64,000 nt of DNA, taken from the NCBI GenBank assembly GCA_963718615.1, contig OY970368.1, forward strand, positions 3,008,001-3,072,000, given 5' to 3'. A program made the position numbers and the translations under genes. This document shows positions 49,970-57,436 of this stretch, in pieces; position 1 is the first letter of the stretch, and every line of letters begins with the position of its first letter. A model generated the notes under the pieces. That model did no database searches. It had not been told where the DNA came from and saw only the letters and a program-made list of their open reading frames with translations. Source of the DNA: an uncultured cyanobacterium (GTDB lineage Bacteria; Cyanobacteriota; Cyanobacteriia; PCC-9006; JAAUQQ01).

Positions 49970-52288
49970 GTGAGTCGCAAATTGAATCGTAACTTCTATC
50001 TATATTCGACGGTCCTTGCCGCGATCGCAGCCTCTGCTGCTCCGGGTTGGGCCATGCCTGGGGCGGAGTCCGACGCAGGGCAATCTCAATTGCCCGTCAC
50101 CGTTGAAACCTCGATTAATGAAACCCCGATTAATTTGGCGTTTCCCGAGCCTGCCGCGCCCCTTGAACCTGCCCTTGAACCTGCCCTTGAACCTGCCTTT
50201 GAGCCTTTTGTAAGCGAACCTGCCGTTGAACCTACTTTAGAGACCTCCCTGGAAGTCAGCCCAACCCCTCCGCCTGAATTTTCCCCAGAGGGCGCGGAGT
50301 TCATGGCGGATCAGCCAGTTGCGGATCAGCCGGTTGCGGATCAGCCCATTGCGCAGCAGATGCCAAGCACGACACCGCCAGCCGCACCAACCGCACCCGC
50401 CCCGGCGGCTCCAGCTCCAACCGCGCCTGGAAGCGAGGCCAGTCCAGCCCCGGCCAACGAACCTCGGGTGTTGGTTGCAGAAGTGACCGTTGAAGGGACT
50501 CAAGGAAGTCCAGAGCAGGAGTTACTCGAAGATGCGGTTTATGGGGCAATTCGCACCCAGCCTGGACAAACCACGACGAGCTCGCAACTACAGGCGGATC
50601 TCAACGCCATCTTTGCGACAGGTTATTTTTCCAATGTCAATTTCCGCCCGGAAGATACACCTTTGGGGGTGCGGGTGGTCTTTATTGTGGATCCTAACCC
50701 GATCTTGCAAAGTGTCACCACTGCCGATACCCAGGTCCTTCCGGCGGAAGTGGTTCAAAACATCTTTGAGCCCCAGTACGGCAAGACCTTGAACTTTAAC
50801 GATTTGCAAAGTGGCGTCAAGCGAATTAACGCTTGGTACCAAGACAATGGCTATGTGCTGGCCCAGGTGGTTGACGCCACGCAAATTTCTGAGGATGGCC
50901 AGGTTTCGCTGGCGGTGGCGGAAGGCGTTGTGGATAGCCTAGATGTCCGCTTTTTGGATGCGGATGGCAATCCTACCGATGCCAATGGCGAGCCGGTTCG
51001 CGGACGGACGAAGCCCTATATCGTCACGCGCGAATTTTCGCTCAAGCCAGGTGATGTCTTTAATCGGCAGCAGGCTGAGCGTGACTTGCAGCGGGTGTTT
51101 GGCCTTGGCATCTTTCAAGATGTCCGTCTTTCCCTGGACCCGGCCCCCGAAGACCCACGCAAAGTAGTGGTGGTGGCGAATGTTATTGAATCCCGTACCG
51201 GCAATATCGGTGCGACGGGCGGGATTAGCTCCTCCAGCGGCTTGTTTGGTTCTGTGAGTTTGGGACAGGACAACTTCCGTGGCCGTAACCAAAAGCTGCG
51301 GTCTGAGGTCACGTTAGGGCAACGGGATTTTCTGTTTGACGTGGGCTTTACCGATCCTTGGATCAAGGGGGATCCCTACCGAACGTCCTACACGGTGAAC
51401 GCGTTCCGTCGGCGATCGATTTCGCTCAATTATTCAGGGGGCGATCGCGATATTGACCTGCCCAACGGGGATACCCCTCGGATTCTCAGAATTGGTGGCG
51501 GTGTGCGCTTCTCCCGTCCTTTATCCCAAAATCTTTTTGAACCCGCTGAGTGGAATGCCTCCCTCGGGTTGCAGTATCAGCGCGTGTATATTCGCGATGA
51601 GGATGGTGACTCGGTTTCTGTGGATGAGTTGGGCAATGATCTAACCTTCAGTGGCGATGACTTTGATGATTTGGTCACCTTCCAGTTGGGCTTGGCGCGC
51701 GATCGCCGCAACAGTCCCATACAGCCTACCCAAGGAAGCATCACTCGTTTCAATATCGAACAATCGGTGCCCGTGGGCAGCGGCAGTATTTTCATGAACC
51801 GGCTGCGGGTTAATCACAGCCAATATCTGCCGGTGCGCTATCTACGCTTTACCGATGGCTGCCGTAAGGACAGCCCGAGCCCCGATGAATGTCCCCAAAC
51901 CTTGGCCTTTAATGTCCAGGCCGGGACGATCTTGGGTGACCTACCGCCCTACGAAGCCTTCTCCTTGGGGGGGGCAAACTCAATTCGAGGCTATGGCGAA
52001 GGGGAAGTGGGCAGTGGTCGCAGTTTCTTGCAAGCCACAGCGGAATATCGGTTCCCGCTCTTTTCGTTTGTGGGGGGTGCGCTGTTTGCCGATTTCGGAA
52101 CAGATTTGGGGACAGGTGACAATGTACCGGGTAACCCCGCAGGGGTCCGCGAGAAACCGGGCAGTGGCTATGGTGTGGGTTTAGGGGTGCGGGTGCGATC
52201 GCCCCTAGGACCTATTCGGGCTGACTATACAGTCCTCAGCGACGATGGTGATCAGCGATTCCAATTTGGTATCGGTGAACGCTTCTAG
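49970..52288 (+). CDS. bamA: Omp85/BamA (Toc75-like) outer membrane assembly factor
   Basis: Signal peptide, Pro-rich N-terminus, POTRA domains, GDLPPYEAFSLGGANSIRGY, C-terminal FGIGERF. GTG start approximate. Confidence 0.94.
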   Translation: MSRKLNRNFYLYSTVLAAIAASAAPGWAMPGAESDAGQSQLPVTVETSINETPINLAFPEPAAPLEPALEPALEPAFEPFVSEPAVEPTLETSLEVSPTPPPEFSPEGAEFMADQPVADQPVADQPIAQQMPSTTPPAAPTAPAPAAPAPTAPGSEASPAPANEPRVLVAEVTVEGTQGSPEQELLEDAVYGAIRTQPGQTTTSSQLQADLNAIFATGYFSNVNFRPEDTPLGVRVVFIVDPNPILQSVTTADTQVLPAEVVQNIFEPQYGKTLNFNDLQSGVKRINAWYQDNGYVLAQVVDATQISEDGQVSLAVAEGVVDSLDVRFLDADGNPTDANGEPVRGRTKPYIVTREFSLKPGDVFNRQQAERDLQRVFGLGIFQDVRLSLDPAPEDPRKVVVVANVIESRTGNIGATGGISSSSGLFGSVSLGQDNFRGRNQKLRSEVTLGQRDFLFDVGFTDPWIKGDPYRTSYTVNAFRRRSISLNYSGGDRDIDLPNGDTPRILRIGGGVRFSRPLSQNLFEPAEWNASLGLQYQRVYIRDEDGDSVSVDELGNDLTFSGDDFDDLVTFQLGLARDRRNSPIQPTQGSITRFNIEQSVPVGSGSIFMNRLRVNHSQYLPVRYLRFTDGCRKDSPSPDECPQTLAFNVQAGTILGDLPPYEAFSLGGANSIRGYGEGEVGSGRSFLQATAEYRFPLFSFVGGALFADFGTDLGTGDNVPGNPAGVREKPGSGYGVGLGVRVRSPLGPIRADYTVLSDDGDQRFQFGIGERF

Positions 52289-52352
52289 TGCCGCTAGAGC
52301 ACCCGCTGTTAGGTTAGCCAAGTCTTAATCCGTTCTGAGCAAATTCTGAGTC

Positions 52353-52382
52353 AGGCCAATGCAATGCATTGGCCTATTTTTT
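52353..52382 (+). terminator. bamA rho-independent terminator
   Basis: AGGCCAATGCA-A-TGCATTGGCCT followed by ATTTTTT. Confidence 0.8.
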
Positions 52383-52401
52383 CTTTGAGGCCCATAAGCA
52401 C

Positions 52402-52495
52402 AAAAAAGGAAAAAAGGGCTTCGTCCAGTTGGATAAAGCCCTTGCGGTGAATAGAGGTGGGTGAATCGATAGAGCCAGTCGTGACCCAATCGATT
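52402..52495 (-). ncRNA. Candidate ~90-nt sRNA (hairpin, C-rich linker, terminator)
   Basis: Minus strand reads ATCGATTGGGTCA-CGAC-TGGCTCTATCGAT, then TCACCCACCTCTATTCACC, then AGGGCTT...AAGCCCT-TTTT. The G-U pairs form only on the minus strand. Confidence 0.5.
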
Positions 52496-52607
52496 GAAAA
52501 AACAGTACGGAAAATAAGAAAAGTTTGTATAAAATCAATCTCAAAAAAGAAATTTTTATCAGTAATTTCGTTGAACTTCTAGTACCTTATTAGTAGCTGT
52601 TTGTGTG

Positions 52608-52741
52608 AAAAAATCGCCTGGCTCTATAAAGCCCCCAGAACCAGGCGAATCACCTGCAAGGACAGTTAGCTTCTCAGAGCGGTCGCAGGTTCAGGAATGA
52701 ATCTTTGGCCTGTGACCCGCTGAGTTGCTTTCCTCTTGGCT
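52608..52741 (-). ncRNA. Candidate sRNA, paralogue A (~134 nt)
   Basis: Shares 5' AGCCAAGAGGAA, core CTGTCCTTGCAGGTGATTCGCCT and terminator with paralogue B; -10-like CACAAT at 52748-52753. Confidence 0.7.
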
Positions 52742-52774
52742 GATAGTATTGTGTCAATTTTGTACTGCCTCTAG

Positions 52775-52797
52775 CCATGGCACATCTACGTATCTTG
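52775..52797 (-). promoter_or_regulatory. Conserved upstream element of sRNA A (CAAGATACGTAGATGTGCCATGG)
   Basis: Differs at only 2 of 23 positions from 53160-53182, at the same offset (-34 to -56) from the predicted TSS. Confidence 0.65.
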
Positions 52798-52932
52798 AAA
52801 ATTCCTCCTAAGTCAAGATTCGTTGATTTACCTATAACTTGTGGTGGAAAAATTCTCAGAATCCTCTCTAGCGCAAAAGTCAGTTTTGGGCGGTTGAGGA
52901 TTAATTCTTGGAAAAGCTCATGACGGGCCATG

Positions 52933-52961
52933 AAAAAGCCGCAGTGTCCTGTCCTGCGGCT
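52933..52961 (-). terminator. Second terminator between sRNA B and the promoter of sRNA A
   Basis: Minus strand reads AGCCGCAG-GACAGGACA-CTGCGGCT-TTTT. Confidence 0.65.
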
Positions 52962-52997
52962 GCCCTAATTAATTTTTTCTGAATAGAAAATTAAAAT

Positions 52998-53126
52998 AAA
53001 AAATCGCCTAGCTCTCTAAAGCCCCCAGAGCTAGGCGAATCACCTGCAAGGACAGTTTGCTTCATCGAGAAGTGCTCCGCGAGCTAGGCTCAGGGGCGAA
53101 ATCTCCAATCTGCGTTCCTCTTGGCT
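52998..53126 (-). ncRNA. Candidate sRNA, paralogue B (~129 nt)
   Basis: Same architecture as paralogue A; 12-bp terminator stem with compensatory changes; -10-like CACAAT at 53133-53138. Confidence 0.7.
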
Positions 53127-53159
53127 AGTTTGATTGTGCCCGCCCCACCCCTAGGGCAA

Positions 53160-53182
53160 CCATGGCGCATCCACGTATCTTG
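53160..53182 (-). promoter_or_regulatory. Conserved upstream element of sRNA B (CAAGATACGTGGATGCGCCATGG)
   Basis: Paralogous to 52775-52797. Confidence 0.65.
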
Positions 53183-53231
53183 CTCTGGGCGGCTTTTTCG
53201 CGGTCCGTGAATTTACTCCTGGAGTCCACTG

Positions 53232-53867
53232 CTAACCCGCCTGATTGGCTAGAGGGGTCGGTCCATAGGCCTCCCAGGTCATTTCAACCAGCGCCGTTAG
53301 CAGCGCTACAGCAACCATGGCGTTACCGGGGCGATCGCTCAAGCTAATAACGGGACAATTGCTCTGGTGGAGTTGCTTAATCCAATCCAAGTCTGGAGCA
53401 AGCAGGGGTGGCGTCGCAATGACTAAAGCCGGATGGAGGCTCTGCTGTTGGATCAATCGCACTAAGCTGGCGAGGGCACTGACTTCCTGACCGATGACAA
53501 AAATACCGTTGGGGTAGCGCTGCGCTAGGGTCTCTAGCCCCCAAGCAGTGCGCGTTTTCTCGCGCTGCGGACGCATGATGGCTTCCTGGCAGCAGTAAAT
53601 CGGATTGGCAAAGCTGGCTTGAAAAACGGGCATCAGCGCCACTTGAACCGCTGGAATATCAACAATGACTGTGTTGCGAGCAGCCAACGCGGCAGCACCA
53701 GACCGCAAGGCTTCCTCCGGGCAATTGAGCCGCGACCCATAGCCAAAATCCCCGGTCACCGAGACCATTCGACGGATCATCTCGTAAACCGCCGGAGCGA
53801 CGTCTCGGGAACCCAGCTCCTGTTCTAGGGCGTTGAAGCGTTGTGCATCGGTTGGATGAAGGTCCAT
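53232..53867 (-). CDS. Precorrin-8X methylmutase (CobH/CbiC)-like protein, degenerate active site
   Basis: CobH-like sequence (YEMIRR...GDF, GAAALAAR..VIVD, RTAWG, IFVIGQ) without the usual IHA His or GRKGGS motif. Confidence 0.75.
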   Translation of the reverse strand: MDLHPTDAQRFNALEQELGSRDVAPAVYEMIRRMVSVTGDFGYGSRLNCPEEALRSGAAALAARNTVIVDIPAVQVALMPVFQASFANPIYCCQEAIMRPQREKTRTAWGLETLAQRYPNGIFVIGQEVSALASLVRLIQQQSLHPALVIATPPLLAPDLDWIKQLHQSNCPVISLSDRPGNAMVAVALLTALVEMTWEAYGPTPLANQAG

Positions 53868-54188
53868 ATCAGCAAGCTCTGGAAGAGAATAGCATTGTAA
53901 TTCTGGCGGGAATCTGGATGGGATTGGGTCATGGAGAATCCACTGGGAAATCCAATAGAGATCCGCCCCGCTCTAGGTGGACCGGATAACCCCTCTTGCA
54001 ATCTGAGCAATCCTCAGTAGACTTGAGCCAAACCTAGTGATTTACAAGACGATTTGGCGAAGAACAAGCTAAATTGTCTGTGCAAGCTGGGCCTGGGTTG
54101 CATCGTGACCCAATTTAGGTCATTCTGACCTGCGTTTGTCCCCTTAGTTTGTGCAAGTCTTCTGCAAGTCTTCTTCGGTGAACAGTCT

Positions 54189-55076
54189 ATGGAACCGCTG
54201 ATTGCCCCCCTCGCCTCTGCTGTCTTTATGATTGCAGCCTATGTGGCTGGCTCCGTCAAAATCGTTAATGAAGGGGAAGCTGCCCTGGTTGAGCGGTTTG
54301 GCCGCTATCGTCGCACCCTATCGCCCGGTCTCAACTTTACCCTACCGATGGTGGATTCAGTCATCATTGATACAACCCGTGAGCAGGTATTTGATGTTCC
54401 AGCCCAGGATGCGGTGACGAACGAGGGGGTTTCCCTGAAGGCTGATGCCGTAGTGTTTTGGCAGATCAATGACCTTTACAAGGTCCACTATGAAGTGGAC
54501 GACATTAAAGCAGCGATCGAAAACTTTGTGCTCACTAGTCTACGGACGGCCATCAGCCAAATGACCATGATGCAGGTTCTCTCCGCTCGCTCGGATTTGA
54601 GCGCTTCGCTGCTGGCAGACTTGAACGTGGTCACCGATGGCTGGGGGGTCAGCATCCGCCGGGTTGACGTGAAAGATGTCACGTTTAACGAAGACGTGCT
54701 GAAAAGTATGGAAGAGCGCCGGATTGCAGAGGAACGCAAGCAGTCGGCGATTCTAGAAGCCCAGGGTAAGCGTCAGGCAGCGGTGGAAGAGGCTCAGAGC
54801 CGCCGGGAAGCGGCGATCGCCGAAGCCCAAGGCCTCATGGAGGCGGTCAAGATCATCTCGAACAACAGTACTGTGGAAGCTGAGCAAAAGCAGGCCCTCC
54901 AGGACATCATCAAGTTTTTGGTGGCCCAGCGCTATATGGATGCCAGCCAGAAGATTGGCGAAAGCCCCAACTCCAAGATTCTATTTATGGATCCCAGCAA
55001 GCTAACCGAGGCGTTGTCGGAATTGGTAGCCCAGGAAGATTTGAATTTGCCGGGAGGGGGGCGGAGTGAGGCTTAG
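54189..55076 (+). CDS. SPFH/band 7 (stomatin/paraslipin-like) protein
   Basis: N-terminal TM, LVERFGRY.RTL.PGL, DAVVFW, WGVSIRRV, SPNSKILFMDP. Confidence 0.9.
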   Translation: MEPLIAPLASAVFMIAAYVAGSVKIVNEGEAALVERFGRYRRTLSPGLNFTLPMVDSVIIDTTREQVFDVPAQDAVTNEGVSLKADAVVFWQINDLYKVHYEVDDIKAAIENFVLTSLRTAISQMTMMQVLSARSDLSASLLADLNVVTDGWGVSIRRVDVKDVTFNEDVLKSMEERRIAEERKQSAILEAQGKRQAAVEEAQSRREAAIAEAQGLMEAVKIISNNSTVEAEQKQALQDIIKFLVAQRYMDASQKIGESPNSKILFMDPSKLTEALSELVAQEDLNLPGGGRSEA

Positions 55077-55082
55077 GGATTT

Positions 55083-55137
55083 TGGGGTGATGCGTCATAG
55101 GTAATTGGGTGACGGGGTGATGGGGTGATGGGGTTGG
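55083..55137. repeat. Short tandem repeat (GGGGTGAT-like octamers) abutting the IS right end
   Basis: tggggtgat...gggtgacggggtgatggggtgatggggttgg. Confidence 0.75.
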
Positions 55138-55275
55138 TTGACGCTCATCCACCCAATCGCTAGGCGATATGGATGGAGATTCCTGTTTCACAGACTCTTG
55201 GCTAGATAGCAGCACATTCATGCCGCCACCCCGCCAGACCGTCTCCACAAGCCTTTTCTTGAACCGTGCGCCCCA
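55138..55275 (-). ncRNA. TnpB omega (re)RNA scaffold, copy 2; 5' end approximate
   Basis: Same structured right-end region as copy 1. Confidence 0.7.
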
Positions 55276-56404
55276 CGGCTCTTTGTTTGATTACAATTGC
55301 GCTGGCAATATCCCGAGGCATCGATGACCCGCAATGGGGACAATTATGCCAACGGTCTGAAAGCGTCTTTTTGACAGCATGACCACAATCAGGGCATTGC
55401 TGAGAGGTTCCACGGGCATCCACTTTTAGATACCCCTTCCCTCGCTTAAAACACACCCAGGGCAAAATCTGATTCAGGAACTGTCCCAAGCCAGCATCGA
55501 GCATGTGTTTACCCAACATGCCACGGGACAAGCCCACTAGATTCAGATTCTCCACCACAATCACATCGCCCCGATCACAGAGCAAATGAGCAATCTTGAA
55601 GTGAAAATCCTTGCGAGTGTTGCTGATTCGTTCATGCAGTTTTGCGATCTTAAGCTGAAGTTTTTTCCAGTTCTTCGACCCCAGCACCTTTTTCTTCAAC
55701 CGGCGTTGCAGCAATTTCAGCTCGCTTTGCAGGTCAACGAAAAACCGAGGACGATGAACTTGCAGCCCATCCGAGGCTGACAGGAAATATTCCAACCCCA
55801 CATCGACACCCACACACTGACCTACCAATGGCACATCGGGAATGGACAACTCCGCTTGAAAACAGAGCATCACATAAAACCCTGACGCCCGCTTCACTAT
55901 CCTGGCCTGCTTCACCTGGAAGCCTTCGGGATAGGGCCGAGACTGCCGGATAGCAATTTTCCCAATACTGGGAAGATTTACCCACCCGTCTCCCAGTGGA
56001 GTCTTGCCCAATTGAGGAAACAGAAACGACTTCATTTGCCCCGACTTCTTAAACCGAGGAAACCCAAAACCCCGCTCTGCCCTATCCTTGAATGCTTTTT
56101 CTAAAGTCTTCAGCACTTGCTGAAGGGATTGAGCATTGACAGACTTGAGGTCAGGATTAGTCTTCTTGGCTTGGGTCAGGGATTTGCACTGGTGAGCAAA
56201 ACCGGGATAGGGAGCATCCGCCGCCATGATGTACTCACCCCGAATTGAGCATGCATTGATAGGACACTTTCTTGAAGCAATCCAGTCCTTGCGCTCTTTG
56301 AGGGCATAATTCCAAACCTTTCGGCAGACATCTAAGCTATTTTCTAGCTCCTCAATCTGCTGAGCGGTTGGCTTCAGTTTGTACTCATAGGTCAGTGTTA
56401 GCAT
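55202..56404 (-). CDS. tnpB: RNA-guided endonuclease TnpB
   Basis: RuvC D/E/D and zinc ribbon intact; 7 substitutions and a different C-terminal tail relative to copy 1. Confidence 0.95.
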   Translation of the reverse strand: MLTLTYEYKLKPTAQQIEELENSLDVCRKVWNYALKERKDWIASRKCPINACSIRGEYIMAADAPYPGFAHQCKSLTQAKKTNPDLKSVNAQSLQQVLKTLEKAFKDRAERGFGFPRFKKSGQMKSFLFPQLGKTPLGDGWVNLPSIGKIAIRQSRPYPEGFQVKQARIVKRASGFYVMLCFQAELSIPDVPLVGQCVGVDVGLEYFLSASDGLQVHRPRFFVDLQSELKLLQRRLKKKVLGSKNWKKLQLKIAKLHERISNTRKDFHFKIAHLLCDRGDVIVVENLNLVGLSRGMLGKHMLDAGLGQFLNQILPWVCFKRGKGYLKVDARGTSQQCPDCGHAVKKTLSDRWHNCPHCGSSMPRDIASAIVIKQRAVGRTVQEKACGDGLAGWRHECAAI

Positions 56405-56431
56405 GGTCTTATGCTAGCTTAGTCGCCTACA

Positions 56432-56845
56432 ATGTCACAACCGTTAAATACCCTCCACCACTGCTCCTATAATCTTCAGTTCCACTTAGTCGCTTGCACT
56501 AAGTACCGACGAAAGTGCATCACAAAACCCATGCTGGAAAGGATGCGAGAGATATTCGCGCAGACGCTCGTTAAGTGGGATGGCAACCTGCTTGAGTTTA
56601 ATGGGGAGGCTGACCATGTTCATCTTCTTATCTCGATCAATCCCAAGGTTCAGCCGTCAAAGTTGGTGAACAACTTAAAAACTGTCTCTAGTCGGTTACT
56701 CAGGAAAGAGTTTGGTGAACACCTTAATCAGATCTACCAAGATAAGCCGATTTTTTGGAGTCGTTCCTACTGCATTATTTCTTGTGGCGGAGCCCCTATA
56801 TCTGTTCTCAGGCAATATATTCAACAGCAGGCCGAGATTGATTAG
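56432..56845 (+). CDS. tnpA: IS200-family Y1 (HUH) transposase TnpA
   Basis: HLVACTKYRR, DHVHLL, LKTVSSR, FWSRSY, YIQQQ. Confidence 0.95.
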   Translation: MSQPLNTLHHCSYNLQFHLVACTKYRRKCITKPMLERMREIFAQTLVKWDGNLLEFNGEADHVHLLISINPKVQPSKLVNNLKTVSSRLLRKEFGEHLNQIYQDKPIFWSRSYCIISCGGAPISVLRQYIQQQAEID

Positions 56846-56933
56846 TTGCTTCCTGCGGTCGCGCTCCGCTTCACCACCCCCTAACCCTTCGGGTATAGGC
56901 GGAGCACTGCGGAGATTTCTGGTAGAACAGAAT

Positions 56934-57431
56934 ATGAAGTATTGGTTGATGAAGTCGGAGCCTGATTTGTATGGCATCGACGATTTAAGGCGGGACCAGA
57001 CGGAGATCTGGGATGGGGTGCGTAATTATCAGGCGCGCAATTTTTTGCGATCGATGGCGGTGGGGGACTTAGCGTTTTTTTATCATTCCAATACGAAGCC
57101 ACCGGGGATTGTCGGGCTGATGACGATCGCCGAAGCCGATATCGTCGATCCCAGCCAATTTGATCCGGCCCACAAGTATTACGATCCCAAATCTCCCGAG
57201 AGCAATCCCCGCTGGCGAACGGTGAAGGTGCAATATGTAGAAACCTTCCAGCAGATGCTGACGCTGGATCAGCTCAAGGCTGAATTTCAGCCCGAGAAGT
57301 TGGGGGTGGTGCGCCGGGGCAATCGCCTTTCGGTGATGCCGGTGGAGGAGGCGATCGCCCAGCGTCTGTTAGCCATGGCCCAGACCCGTACCCCACCCCC
57401 CGTACCCCATCACCCCATAACTCCCCCATAA
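56934..57431 (+). CDS. EVE domain protein
   Basis: MKYWLMKSEP, WDGVRNYQARN, FFYHS, YYDPKS, RLSVMPV; C-terminal tail encoded by CCCCAT-type repeats. Confidence 0.93.
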   Translation: MKYWLMKSEPDLYGIDDLRRDQTEIWDGVRNYQARNFLRSMAVGDLAFFYHSNTKPPGIVGLMTIAEADIVDPSQFDPAHKYYDPKSPESNPRWRTVKVQYVETFQQMLTLDQLKAEFQPEKLGVVRRGNRLSVMPVEEAIAQRLLAMAQTRTPPPVPHHPITPP

Positions 57432-57436
57432 CTCCA

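Larger units (their letters stand above)
55138..56921 (-). mobile_element. IS200/IS605-family element, IS605 group, copy 2 (intact tnpA)
   Basis: 1784 bp, same ends as copy 1 (TCAA right end; CTAC target at 56922-56925 on the minus strand). Confidence 0.95.

Noticed and set aside
52674-52931. 85-aa ORF across sRNA A
   Set aside because: Not conserved as a reading frame in paralogue B; the conservation pattern follows RNA stems and promoter boxes, not codons.
52608-53126. Cobalamin riboswitch, given the neighbouring cobH-like gene
   Set aside because: The elements are downstream of the gene, end in terminators with no ORF following, and lack a recognisable B12 box.
56712-57431. 239-aa IS-EVE fusion ORF
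   Set aside because: The upstream part is an alternative frame of tnpA and the IS left end; the EVE domain begins at its own ATG (56934).
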